A DNA stretch of 64,000 nucleotides from Tortispora ganteri (taxonomy: Eukaryota). Every line of letters starts with the position of its first letter. The first letter of the stretch is position 1. Below are positions 42,553 to 53,207 of the stretch, in pieces. Position numbers and translations under genes: made by a program. The notes under the pieces are model-generated. The model was given only the letters and a program-made list of their open reading frames with translations, made no database searches and was not told where the DNA came from. Location of the stretch: positions 434,001 to 498,000 of the forward strand of contig PPNB01000005.1 in NCBI GenBank assembly GCA_003707115.1, given 5' to 3'.

Positions 42553-43938
42553 ATGTCGGTGCTCCAGTCGCTAAATGTCACTAACAATTTGTACTTCACC
42601 AGTACACACAATACTATCAGAATGCAGCTCATTGGTGCAGTCTACCATGTCTTTGTGTTTTTATGTCTCGGTCTAGCCATGTATTCATTGATTCTGGCGA
42701 TATACAGATGCATCACCCAGCGCAAACAGCTAAATACCGTCAAACCCCCCGTAGTATTCTTAGAATTCAAATGCACTGCCATTCTCAGCGCCTGTTTGCT
42801 CTTTCTTGATATAGTGCCCGTCGCATGGACTTTGGTTGGCCCACGAACAAGGTGCGCAAAGAATGCATCATGCATATGGGAACAGATCTGTTGGGTAGCC
42901 TTCATAGCTATACAGTACGTTCCAATAGGTCTAATCCTTCCAGTCTCCTTTAAACTTGCATTAATTAACAGGTCAGGTATAACAAATACCCGGTACATTC
43001 ATCTTGTCCTAGAAAAGTACCTTTTTATCCCGCTCCTGTCTTTCCCTTTATTGCTGCTCCTGATCTGGCTCACTATCGCCGTTTATATACCATCACCCGC
43101 TGACAACAACAGTTCGAGTTTTCTTCTGCCTAGAGAATTCTGCCTCGACTGGGCCGGTATGTGGTACTTTTGTGACAGAGGACTGGCGGCCATTGGAGTT
43201 TCCATTCTTAGCCTAGGGATCATCCTCTGTCTTTTAGGAATCCTTCTTCTGTGTTACATCAAACACCATGAAAACTCACATATCGCCATATTAAGGATGC
43301 CCTACCTTCTGTTTATTCTGCTGCTCGTCTCTTCTATCCTATATGCCACAGTTTTGCTGCCCGATATCGCAACATCGATGTACCGCGAATCTGATGAAAT
43401 CGACCCTATTTTTCTTAAACATATCATGCCCGACGAAAGCGAGCTATGCACACCAGTCGCACTTGCCTTGTACCATCTACTCATCACGTGTATATGCCAG
43501 CTGGCGCCGCAACTCGCTGTTCCTGAACAAGAACGAGAGTCCAAAACCAGACGGGACCTGCTTTCTCAGATCCAGGTTATCGGCCCTGCAGCTCTACCTG
43601 AACCACCAGCAGTCTCATTTCAATCCATAAATACTGCACAACCAAAGGACACGTTCCAACACCATTCAGTAGTCTCGTCGCACTATTCTATTCCCCGCAA
43701 CGCCGAACATTTCGCGCTTAACGGCGGGCCCCGACTGACCACAGAAACGCACATGCAGCCACCACTCGTGTACCGGCCTCCTGCACAACTAAAACCTGCA
43801 TCCAAACGTTTCTCAAAAACATTCAGCCAGGTTTTTACAGATAGATTCGAAGCATTGGATCCTAGCCCGTACTGCAAATTGACACAACCATTAAGAGTCA
43901 GTCGCGCTGTCCAATCACAGTACCGTATGTATATTTAA
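42553..43938 (+). CDS. Orphan seven-transmembrane, GPCR-like protein; start ATG 42553 or 42622
   Basis: Long ORF with seven hydrophobic segments in the first ~320 aa and a polar S/T/P-rich tail; no family motif recognised. Confidence 0.75.
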   Translation: MSVLQSLNVTNNLYFTSTHNTIRMQLIGAVYHVFVFLCLGLAMYSLILAIYRCITQRKQLNTVKPPVVFLEFKCTAILSACLLFLDIVPVAWTLVGPRTRCAKNASCIWEQICWVAFIAIQYVPIGLILPVSFKLALINRSGITNTRYIHLVLEKYLFIPLLSFPLLLLLIWLTIAVYIPSPADNNSSSFLLPREFCLDWAGMWYFCDRGLAAIGVSILSLGIILCLLGILLLCYIKHHENSHIAILRMPYLLFILLLVSSILYATVLLPDIATSMYRESDEIDPIFLKHIMPDESELCTPVALALYHLLITCICQLAPQLAVPEQERESKTRRDLLSQIQVIGPAALPEPPAVSFQSINTAQPKDTFQHHSVVSSHYSIPRNAEHFALNGGPRLTTETHMQPPLVYRPPAQLKPASKRFSKTFSQVFTDRFEALDPSPYCKLTQPLRVSRAVQSQYRMYI

Positions 43939-44024
43939 GGTTCGGATCTCATACATCACCGAAAAACTCTGACTATTACGTTTCTCCAGATTAACTCACT
44001 GTACAGAGATCAATTGAAGTTCAA

Positions 44025-45191
44025 ATGCCTGCCAGAGAGGATATACACTACTTCGGAGCTGGTCCTGCTGCGCTTCCCACTTCGGTGCTAGAACAGGCGT
44101 CAAAGGATCTACTCAACTTCCAGGACATTGGCCTAGGTCTCGGTGAGATATCGCACAGAAGCTCACAAGGACAAGGCGTAGTAGACGACGCAAAAACACA
44201 CCTAAAAGAGCTTCTGAACATTCCTGACTCATACGATACCGTGTTCTTCCAAGGTGGTGGAACGGGTGCCTTTGCGGCTATCGCTTACCTATTCATGAAG
44301 TATCATGCTGCCAAATACCACAGAGTCGGCCAGGCTAACTATATTGTCACTGGTGGCTGGTCCGACAAGGCGGCGAAAGAAGCAGTCAAACTGCTTGGCG
44401 AAAACAATGTACAAATCGCTGCAGATACTAAGAAATCAACCGGTTCCTGGACTTCTGTGCCTTCTCCTGACGAACTGTCACTGTCAGCAGATCCAGCGTA
44501 CGTTTACTACTGCGACAATGAGACCGTTCATGGTGTCGAGCCTGCAGCAGATTTATATACTAGCATTAACGTGCCTTTGGTTGCAGACATGTCGTCGAAC
44601 TTCTTGTCGCGTCCTTTTGATATTAGTAAATATGCCGCGATTGTCGCTGGAGCACAGAAGAATGTAGGTATCGCGGGTGTGACTATTGCAATTATCCGCA
44701 AAGAGATACTTGACGCAAAAATTGAGCCGAATGTATTGCGAAAGGAGTATGACCTTCCTGTTGCTCCCACAACTTTGGATCTCTCGATCATTGCTGCTAA
44801 CGGGTCTCTGTATAACACGCTGCCAATATTTACATTACACGTCACTGATCTCACTTTACGGCATCTGATTGCTGCCGGTGGTCTCTCAGAGTATGGCAAA
44901 AAGGCAGAAGATAAGTCGACAAAGATCTATAGCGTGATCGACAAGTTCCCTGAACTTTACAAGTGTCCTGTCAAGAAAGACTGCAGAAGTGCGATGAATA
45001 TAGTTTTCCGACTGGCAGGTGGCGAAGCGCAAGAAATCGATTTCATCAAGAAAGCCGGTACGCTTGGAATCAGCGGAATCAAAGGACACAGATCTGTTGG
45101 CGGTATTCGTGTATCAAACTACAACGCAATACAGTCACGGTCTGTAGACATTCTTGTTGAGTTCATGGAATCGTATGCGAAAGCTGAATAA
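44025..45191 (+). CDS. SER1: Phosphoserine aminotransferase
   Basis: YFGAGPAALP, EISHRS, YCDNETVHGVE, ADMSSN, GAQKN, KGHRSVGGIRVSNYNA. Confidence 0.97.
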   Translation: MPAREDIHYFGAGPAALPTSVLEQASKDLLNFQDIGLGLGEISHRSSQGQGVVDDAKTHLKELLNIPDSYDTVFFQGGGTGAFAAIAYLFMKYHAAKYHRVGQANYIVTGGWSDKAAKEAVKLLGENNVQIAADTKKSTGSWTSVPSPDELSLSADPAYVYYCDNETVHGVEPAADLYTSINVPLVADMSSNFLSRPFDISKYAAIVAGAQKNVGIAGVTIAIIRKEILDAKIEPNVLRKEYDLPVAPTTLDLSIIAANGSLYNTLPIFTLHVTDLTLRHLIAAGGLSEYGKKAEDKSTKIYSVIDKFPELYKCPVKKDCRSAMNIVFRLAGGEAQEIDFIKKAGTLGISGIKGHRSVGGIRVSNYNAIQSRSVDILVEFMESYAKAE

Positions 45192-45195
45192 GCAA

Positions 45196-46158
45196 CTATT
45201 GCACAGATAGAGACGGTATAAAATATATAATGTAATCAGCAGCGTCAACAGAGAGGTAACAGTAGAGCATTAGAACGGAGTTATTATTGAAAACCATAAT
45301 CATTGAATGTGTGAACGGGTATATTTTGAGACAGGAAGCCCAGTCCTTTGACCTGATGTAAACCTCAGCAGACGAAGCTGTTGATATTTCCGATAAATTA
45401 ATCTGTGACGATGAATTTGGCCGTGTAGGTTCTAGATCATCGAATTTCGCTTCGATAGTGGCAGTCCCGGTATCTGCAGAGACCGTTAGGCTGGCAGACT
45501 CACGTGTACCATTATCGTAGGTCTCTACAGATATTTTGAGAATCTCGGAAATATGCGGAAACTTTTCTGAAATACGGATCATACTTAGAACGGTAGCGCT
45601 GTCTGCATGTGGGACCGCATCTGGTGCGGTGATCCGCGCAGCATGGAGTGCAGCAGTAGTAGCAGTGGCGGCAACAGATGTGAATTGTGAACCTTTACGT
45701 CGGCTTGTATAGCCTGAATTCAGCCCTGAAGGTAATCGAATCGCTACATCTAACTCTGGCGGATCAGGTTCCTGCAAATTAGAAGTTTCTTCGCGAACAA
45801 TACGCACGGGGATATCGTGGACAATCATCTCGCTCACTACGACTCGCAAGAATGGCATGTTACCCTTTCTAGTTAGCCGCATTGTATAATCGGCACGTGA
45901 CTTAAACGCAGATGCAATATGATTGAGTGAGAGATCGAGATTGATTATATTATCTTCATTCGAGCTGACAAGGAAGTTTCCAAAGAGATGACTACAGCTG
46001 AGGGTAGCCCATACCTGCGCGCCCGTTTCAGGCACTACAACAATAATGCGAAAGATAGATTCAGTTATTTGAATCATACATCTATCCTGGACTCCTCCCA
46101 ATGTAGAAGCGATGTTTTGCAACAGAATTGCATCTTTTACCTGTGCCGAAAATCTCAT
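45196..46158 (-). CDS. HUS1: 9-1-1 checkpoint clamp subunit Hus1/Mec3
   Basis: MRFSAQV start, GAQVWA, NIINL, MRLTRKGNMPFL, HDIPVRIV...LQEP...DVAIRLP, ends YFIPS. Confidence 0.82.
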   Translation of the reverse strand: MRFSAQVKDAILLQNIASTLGGVQDRCMIQITESIFRIIVVVPETGAQVWATLSCSHLFGNFLVSSNEDNIINLDLSLNHIASAFKSRADYTMRLTRKGNMPFLRVVVSEMIVHDIPVRIVREETSNLQEPDPPELDVAIRLPSGLNSGYTSRRKGSQFTSVAATATTAALHAARITAPDAVPHADSATVLSMIRISEKFPHISEILKISVETYDNGTRESASLTVSADTGTATIEAKFDDLEPTRPNSSSQINLSEISTASSAEVYIRSKDWASCLKIYPFTHSMIMVFNNNSVLMLYCYLSVDAADYIIYFIPSLSVQ

Positions 46159-46331
46159 GGTGTAGTCAAAAATGTCGAACAATAATAGAATGAACTTTAA
46201 TGTTTACGGAGAAATTATTGCGGATCGGATAAATTATCAAGTTCTACAGCTAGTATCGATAAATTAAGTGGCGTTTATTAAGCGTTTTCCTTTTTTTTTT
46301 CCGCTTTTAGAGTCATCAGGTCATAGAGAAA

Positions 46332-47357
46332 TCATAGATCAACATCGTCGGCTTTATACGAGTCCAAAGCGAGGCGGTACACGAATGACGGTGAGAACCC
46401 GCCCAGGTTAGTAATATAGAGCGAAATGAATTTTGAAGGTATGAAATCCCATAAAGGATTAACAACGTCTAGCGAGTTGACAAGGTTACCGTTCGAAAAA
46501 GGCAAGATCGACTCAGGACCTCCCATCTCGATCAGCGCGTCAACATCGACGGGTTGGTTTGGTGAGATCTTGTACGTGCCTGCGAGAGCAACTACAGGCA
46601 CGCGGTTCGCATGAGCGGCCTCACAGACAATTGATGCACCAGCTGCGGCAGTTGCACTACCATCTGCCATGACTGAACGCGCACCGACAACCACTTTGCC
46701 CACGAGCGAGATAAGAGTATGCACAGCAGCATCGGGTACGATTACTACAGACACTCCAGCGGCAGACAGCGTCTCAGCAAACTTTCCAATGCGTTCAGTG
46801 TTATTGGGGTAGCATTCTGTGATTAGCAAGGTGAATGTGCGTTTCTGTGCAGCGCGCAGCAAGAACTTCAGCAGAGTCTCACTACCCGGCGTGGGCGTCA
46901 ACAACGTCTCGCCTTGGTGAACAATATCCACAGCAAGTGTGCATATTGAATCATTCACAGATACTATCTCGTCAGCATACTCTTGGATCGCCTGTATAAT
47001 ATATGGTTTCAGTTCCTGTGCATTCTTAGACGACGACACTGGCTCTACTGACGACAGCAGCGAGAACATGTGTGTATCGTTGCGTGCGGGATCTTCATCA
47101 CGCTCTTCTTCGCGTATCAGCGCAAGTATCCGCCGTACGACATTTGCAGCAGTATTTTCTGTTGGGTATGCGTCTTGGAATAGACGGCCAATGGCGCGAG
47201 TATCAGCGATTAACTGCGGGACCGTTGACCAGCGGTGCGCCGATACAAAGCGCAGCATTACTTGAACAGTGGCAGTAGCAATTTCTGCAGGCGAATGTAG
47301 TTCGCGGCGTTTCAGTCGTGATATAAGCGCATCTGCAAGCGGGAAAACGTCAGGCAT
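46332..47357 (-). CDS. GCD7: eIF2B beta subunit
   Basis: ANVVRRILALIREE, SETLLKFLLRAAQKR, GKVVVGA, NPLWDFIP...YITNLGG...YKADD. Confidence 0.92.
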   Translation of the reverse strand: MPDVFPLADALISRLKRRELHSPAEIATATVQVMLRFVSAHRWSTVPQLIADTRAIGRLFQDAYPTENTAANVVRRILALIREEERDEDPARNDTHMFSLLSSVEPVSSSKNAQELKPYIIQAIQEYADEIVSVNDSICTLAVDIVHQGETLLTPTPGSETLLKFLLRAAQKRTFTLLITECYPNNTERIGKFAETLSAAGVSVVIVPDAAVHTLISLVGKVVVGARSVMADGSATAAAGASIVCEAAHANRVPVVALAGTYKISPNQPVDVDALIEMGGPESILPFSNGNLVNSLDVVNPLWDFIPSKFISLYITNLGGFSPSFVYRLALDSYKADDVDL

Positions 47358-47600
47358 AGAGAAAAAACAGTCAGACTGAAGTTGTACGCATGAACAGGGT
47401 ACTCATAAAAGTTCGATAGGTGGATGTGTATTTAGGGTTATAGCTAAACCCTATATTACCCTACTTGTGCAAACAAATGGGACCACTACTTTTTGTATGG
47501 GAATTTTAGAATCACCAGATCCTGTCAAGTTCAATCACCTTTTTTTTTTTCCTGTCTACATACTGCACAGGCTAGACTGACGGCAATTTCCAGAGTTTTA

Positions 47601-48950
47601 ATGAGTTCAGATACAGAAGTAAAGCGTATATGCATAGTCGGTAAGTACTCATAGTGACTTAGTATTCACGTAAACATCACGCTAACTAAAACGCAAGGCG
47701 CTGGCATAATAGGTGTGTGCACAGCATACTACCTCACAAAGCACCCTAAGTACTCTCCCGACAAGTACAAAATTACCGTAATAGAAGCTACTAGGCCTGC
47801 CGGTGGTGCAAGCGGGAAGGCTGGTGGACTGCTCGCTACCTGGGCGTTCCCACAACAGATCGTGCCCTTGTCGTTCAAGCTTCACGAAGAGTTAGCTGCT
47901 GAGTATAACGGCGAAGAAGAATGGGGATATAGACACGTTAATACTGTCTCTATAACTGGTGATTTCAAAAGCGATTCTAAATTGTGCTCAGATATACCTG
48001 CAGACCTCGACTGGATCCGCCCCGAACTCGTAGAATCTGTCTCCCCCATTGGCGGTTCCAACTCAACCGCTCAAGTGCATCCACTCAAGTTCACGCTGTT
48101 CATGTTGCGCCGCGCGCAGGAGGCAGGTGTAGAACTCATCATTGGTCAAGTGCATGATTTCATATACGATCGTTCTGGTTCGATACGCGGCGTAAAATAC
48201 TCCTCACGGGATATCTTCCCAGAGGCGCCTGAGATAATTGTTACAGAGACCCATACAGCTCCAGATTCAGAAACGCAACAACCACCTGACCTTCTCACAC
48301 CTTCGTCGTCTTCCTTGTCTAGTCAGTCAGACACTGAGGATCAGGTTCAGGACACGAGTATTGGAAAAACAATTGACTTCTCGGCCGACGAAGTGGTCAT
48401 CACTGCCGGCCCCTGGGTGTCTCGCCTCATACCTACCTGCCCGATATCCGGTCTTCGTGCACATTCTATCACTATAACTCCTACGCGTCCTGTTTCAGCT
48501 TATGCGCTCTTTACCGAGATCAAAGACAGATCGAAGATTGTGTGTCCTGAAATATATGCCCGCAAAGACGAAGTATATGTATGCGGCGAGGGCGACAATT
48601 TTGTCGGACTACCCGACACCACAGATAACGTATCGGTCTCTAAAGAGAAATGCGACGAACTCTACAAGTATGCGTCTGCATTATCTGAAGAGATGGGTGG
48701 TGGCCGACTTAACAAGCGGCAAGCGTGCTACCTCCCTGTAGTCGACTTGCCTTCGTCTAGTGGGCCCTTGATCGGTCAAACTAATGTGAATCATTTGTGG
48801 GTGGCTGCTGGTCATTCTTGCTGGGGAATCAATAATGCTCCTGGAACAGGAAAACTGATGTCTGAACTTCTACTTGATGGCAAGGCTACGAGTGCTTCTT
48901 TGCGAGGTCTGGACCCCAAAAGGCACTTTGCTGTTATGCCCAAGAATTAG
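47601..48950 (+). CDS. TDA3: FAD-dependent oxidoreductase Tda3/Btn3 (DAO family); exons 47601-47640 and 47698-48950
   Basis: Spliced N-terminus MSSDTEVKRICIVGAGIIGVCTAYYL (GxGxxG), GASGKAGGLLA, QACYLP, GHSCWGINNAPGTG. Confidence 0.92.
47641..47697 (+). other. Spliceosomal intron of TDA3 (57 nt, AAG acceptor)
   Basis: GTAAGT donor, GCTAAC branch point, AAG acceptor; restores the VGAGIIG motif. Confidence 0.88.
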
Positions 48951-49081
48951 TCTAGCTTGTATAGCTTGTAATCATGTCTTTCTTTTTTTTTCAGAATGGG
49001 TTCGGGATCCTTCAAGTTTAGTACATCAGTTTATATACTTCTTACCTAAGCGAAGAGAGTAACTATTATCATATAATCAGT

Positions 49082-50173
49082 TTATACTTTTTTATCGCTA
49101 CCGTATGCTCTTGTAGCGTACTCTCCATCCTTGACAATTACATGTTGAGCAGGATAATCGTACTTGCCTGACAAGAAGCAAGTGAGAAGTTCTTTGGTTC
49201 CTGCAGCGTATCTCTGTTGCGCGTCAAGCGTAGTTCCAGAGTAGTGCGGAGTCATAGCGTTGCCGGCGCCATATTTGTTGCGCATATCTCTCCAGGGATG
49301 ATCCTTTGCAGCGGGTTGAGGGAACCACACGTCACCACCATATCCGCGGAGCTGGCCAGATTCAAGGGCGGCAGCGACATCTTCCTTGACACAGATAGCG
49401 CCACGTGCGGTGTTTACTAACCAGGCACCCTTCTTCATCTTGGAGATGAGATCCTTGTTGAACAAGCCGCGAGTAGACTCGTGGAGTGGGCAGTTGATAG
49501 TTACAATATCACATTGAGCGAGCATATCTTCGAGCTTCTCGACGCGACGAGCGTTTGTCTCTTTGGCGACGAAGTCAGGGATTGGCTGGTAATCGAAGTA
49601 GAGCAATTCTTTAGGCGCGAAAGGTACAAGTCTCTGAAGGACACGGGAACCGATACGTCCACCACCGACAGTGCCAATGACTTTTCCTTCGATATCGTAT
49701 GCGTCTTTGGCAATACCGGCGACGTCCCACTCGTGGTTAATGATCTGCTCGTGTGCAGGGACGAAGTTCCTTACAAGTACAAGCATAGTCATGACGACAT
49801 GTTCAGCAACAGATACGACGTTTGAGCCTGTGACTTCGACAACTGTGATCTTACGTTCATTTGCGGCAGTGAGATCAACGTGGTCAGAGCCCACACCTGC
49901 AGTGATGCAGATCTTGAGGTTCTTAGCTTTTGCAATACGCTCGCGAGTTATATAGCCTGGATGGAAAGGTGTAGTGATAACCACATCAGCGTCAACGATC
50001 TCCTTGTCCAGCACAGAGTCGTCGCCTTCCTTGCTATCGGTAGTGACGAGGGTATGTCCTTGTTCTTCAAGCCAGCTACGTAATCCTAACTCGTTCTCGA
50101 CAGTGCCCAGAAGTTTGGGTTCTTGTTCGGCATGAACGCCACCTTTGTACAACACAAGTAATACTTTAACCAT
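49082..50173 (-). CDS. FDH1: NAD-dependent formate dehydrogenase
   Basis: [33 protein letters not shown] (NAD-type), [21 protein letters not shown]. Confidence 0.97.
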   Translation of the reverse strand: MVKVLLVLYKGGVHAEQEPKLLGTVENELGLRSWLEEQGHTLVTTDSKEGDDSVLDKEIVDADVVITTPFHPGYITRERIAKAKNLKICITAGVGSDHVDLTAANERKITVVEVTGSNVVSVAEHVVMTMLVLVRNFVPAHEQIINHEWDVAGIAKDAYDIEGKVIGTVGGGRIGSRVLQRLVPFAPKELLYFDYQPIPDFVAKETNARRVEKLEDMLAQCDIVTINCPLHESTRGLFNKDLISKMKKGAWLVNTARGAICVKEDVAAALESGQLRGYGGDVWFPQPAAKDHPWRDMRNKYGAGNAMTPHYSGTTLDAQQRYAAGTKELLTCFLSGKYDYPAQHVIVKDGEYATRAYGSDKKV

Positions 50174-50305
50174 TATTTTTTTTTTTTCAAGTTACAAATA
50201 AAATGCAATTGCTTAATTGCCGACTAATTTATAGTAAATCGTGATCTCCACCAGCTTATTGATATAATGGTGGGCGCATCCGCTGAACCTTGTGATATCA
50301 AACTT

Positions 50306-50317
50306 TAAAATGTGGGG
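50306..50317. promoter_or_regulatory. Mig1/CreA-type glucose-repression site upstream of FDH1
   Basis: TAAAATGTGGGG = AT box plus SYGGGG, about 135 bp upstream of the ATG. Confidence 0.5.
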
Positions 50318-50672
50318 AAATAGCTCAATTGGTTTTTGACATAGTAAAGCTTTGTACGTTCGTACATATAGATGCATCGCGGGTAATCATCGCAAATTTT
50401 TGCTAAAAACCAATTGCAAATACGCACATGCATGAACTATCTATGTAAAGTCCTAGCGCGCAATGTGCGGTCGGCAATGGATCTTCAGGGAGCTTTAAGG
50501 AGCCACTCGAACCTTATTTTGTATGATTCGTAGTAGGTTTCAATGCACTATTCGGGAATGCCGAGCCCATACCATGTGAGTGGGCAGGGTGGAGAAATTT
50601 CTTTTTAAGCCCGAGTGCGTTATAGAAAGTGTAAAAAAATAAAAATCTATGCGCGTTGCGTCTTAGTGGCTC

Positions 50673-52733
50673 TTATGCGCCAATAGTGTGCTGAACCCAT
50701 CCCTCCAGCCCACCTCGGACAATGATCTCTTGAAGGTTACGGCCCAGTTCACCAACCGGCTGAGTCATAATGATAGGCCCAGTCTCGCCGTCGCGAATTA
50801 CAACAAGCGAATTAGGTACATCCCATGTTGCAAACCAGCCTGTACGCCGGGTAGCTTCTTTTGGAGCGTCACTGTATTTCTCGCGCAATCGCGATACTAG
50901 ATCAGGTAGTTCTAGCGTCAGCAGCGCATTGTTGATAGAATTCCTCGAGAAAATATTGCCAAAAGATCCGGCAATTACTAATTGAATTCCCTTAGCGAGC
51001 ATGGCAGTCGCAGCTTGTTCACGAGACGAACCTGTGCCGAAATTGTACCCAGACACTATAATGTCACCGGCATGCACTTTAGTGCGGAATTCCCCGTCGT
51101 AGTTCTCCATGCAAACTTCTGCCATTTTCTCTTTAGGCACATCATCTTGATACGTGTATTTACCTGGATAAATTCCGTCTGTGTTGACATTGTCTTCATC
51201 GCAGAATACCAACTCGCCCGTGATCACCGATGGGAACCCTTCAGCGACTTCAGGTGTTTCTGTTGCTTCAACTGCAGGTGTTTCAAATGCAGGTTCAGGC
51301 AGTTCGACTTCACTGTATTTCAAGTCTATATGTTCCAGTATCGGTGTATCGAGAACCTCAGCGGGGTCAGAGATCTTACCTGTGACTGCACTGGCGGCTA
51401 CAACGGCAGGAGACGCAAGGTACGCGAGCGCGTCACGCGAACCCATTCGTCCCTTGAAATTTCTATTTGTAGCAGATATTCCAACTTCTCCATCCTCTAG
51501 TAGACCCGTACCAAGTCCAATACACGGACCGCAACCTGCTGGCAATACTTTGGCACCTGCGTCGACGAGAGTTTGCCATGCTCCAGTAGCTTCAGCGGCT
51601 TCACGTACCTTTGAAGACGCCGGTGCAATGTAGAACTCAACACCTTCAGCGACTTTCTTACCTTTAATGACTTTTGCGGCTTCCTCGATATCGCTCAAGC
51701 GCGAGTTGGTGCACGAAACAAGATACGCCTTGTTGATGGCGATGTTCTGTGCTGATAGTTCACGAATCGGTGTTGATATCTTGACAGAGTTTGGGCCAGA
51801 AGCGTGTGGTTCAAGTGTAGAAAGATCAATAACAAGAGTTTTAGCATACCTGGCATTCTGATCGGCCGCGATATTCAGCGACTCTGCTTCAGCAACAGTA
51901 GTCGGGTTAACTCGCGGATGCGGTTGCGGTAGTTGCGTAATCCTATGTTTATACCATTCAATAAGAACATCGTCAACAGGAAATAGTCCCGAGAGTGCAC
52001 CCCATTCAGTGGTCATGTTGGCAATAGTAAGCCGCTCGTCTACTGATAAAGTGCGTACACCAGGTCCTGTGAACTCAATAGCGTGGTTCAATACGTCATC
52101 GTTCTTAAAGTAACCACACAAGGCAACAATAATATCTTTACCGTATACACCTGGACGCAGTTGACCACGTAATTCAACTCTGGCAACAGGTGGGATCTGC
52201 CACCAAGTTTGACCAGTTGCCCATATAGCTGCAGCGTCTGTACGTACAATAGGTGTACCTAAACAGCCGATACCGCCATACATATTCGAATGCGAATCTG
52301 AAGCAACTGCAAGTTTATAAGGAAAAGCATATCCTTCTTCGACCATGACCTGGTGGCCGATTCCACGGCCGGCAGGATAAAAATCTACGCCTTGTGCTGC
52401 AGCAAAATGTTCGATTTTTGAATATTTCTCGAGATTCTTCTCTGATTTATTCTGAACATCGTGATCTAGAGTCATAACAATTTGTCTATTATCTTTAATC
52501 TTTGTAGCGCCTAATCCAAAGAATTTCAACGCTACTGGCCATGAATTATCGTGCGACATGCAATGTGCCGGCTGGATAGAAACATAGTCACGAGATCGCA
52601 CTATTTTGCCTTCAGGAAGACCTACTGCATATTTTTGTATAATCTTCTCAGTCATAGTTTGAGGGATCTTTGCTTCAGCAGCAGAAGCAAAGCTTCGCTG
52701 GCAAATCAGCCCATATCTTAGCGGTCTCATCAT
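50673..52733 (-). CDS. LYS4: Homoaconitase, mitochondrial
   Basis: [45 protein letters not shown]; first ATG 52733. Confidence 0.97.
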   Translation of the reverse strand: MMRPLRYGLICQRSFASAAEAKIPQTMTEKIIQKYAVGLPEGKIVRSRDYVSIQPAHCMSHDNSWPVALKFFGLGATKIKDNRQIVMTLDHDVQNKSEKNLEKYSKIEHFAAAQGVDFYPAGRGIGHQVMVEEGYAFPYKLAVASDSHSNMYGGIGCLGTPIVRTDAAAIWATGQTWWQIPPVARVELRGQLRPGVYGKDIIVALCGYFKNDDVLNHAIEFTGPGVRTLSVDERLTIANMTTEWGALSGLFPVDDVLIEWYKHRITQLPQPHPRVNPTTVAEAESLNIAADQNARYAKTLVIDLSTLEPHASGPNSVKISTPIRELSAQNIAINKAYLVSCTNSRLSDIEEAAKVIKGKKVAEGVEFYIAPASSKVREAAEATGAWQTLVDAGAKVLPAGCGPCIGLGTGLLEDGEVGISATNRNFKGRMGSRDALAYLASPAVVAASAVTGKISDPAEVLDTPILEHIDLKYSEVELPEPAFETPAVEATETPEVAEGFPSVITGELVFCDEDNVNTDGIYPGKYTYQDDVPKEKMAEVCMENYDGEFRTKVHAGDIIVSGYNFGTGSSREQAATAMLAKGIQLVIAGSFGNIFSRNSINNALLTLELPDLVSRLREKYSDAPKEATRRTGWFATWDVPNSLVVIRDGETGPIIMTQPVGELGRNLQEIIVRGGLEGWVQHTIGA

Positions 52734-53207
52734 GTTTGTAGGAGCTAAGTACAAATTTAGCAAATAAAGTTTTTTTCTACCCCGGATCAGGTTGTCTGTT
52801 CTGACTGCCTTTACGGTACAATATTGATCGGTTTTAGATATTCAAAGTTATAATTTATACGGTAGAACTATTTTGTCTAGCTTATATGATTTTATAAGTA
52901 TGTATCTCATCGCAATAAGTACCACTTCAATATCACTAATGTTGCCTAACACTAGTGGTACACTGTAGAACGTAGACCAAGTTGTAAAGCAGTGTCATGT
53001 TCTCATTCTTCGTACAATAACCTCATACTATAATTGCACTCATTATAACAACTTGTTTATACCTATTTTTAGCAACTACCTTATACCGTCCACAGTCGTC
53101 AAGACTTTAAGCGCTAGTCCAATCCGGGCGCTTCGAACTCACACCTAAACCTTAAATATACTACTTTCCAACAACTTGCCATTATCCATTTATTATTCAG
53201 AATTAGC

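Noticed and set aside
42544..42602. Possible intron (GTGCGC..CACTAAC..CAG) at the 5' end of the 7-TM gene
   Set aside because: Weak donor, no upstream ATG-bearing in-frame exon, and the unspliced frame gives a plausible glycosylated N-terminus
53109..53140. Hairpin with a B-box-like sequence, possible tRNA
   Set aside because: No cloverleaf or A-box could be built
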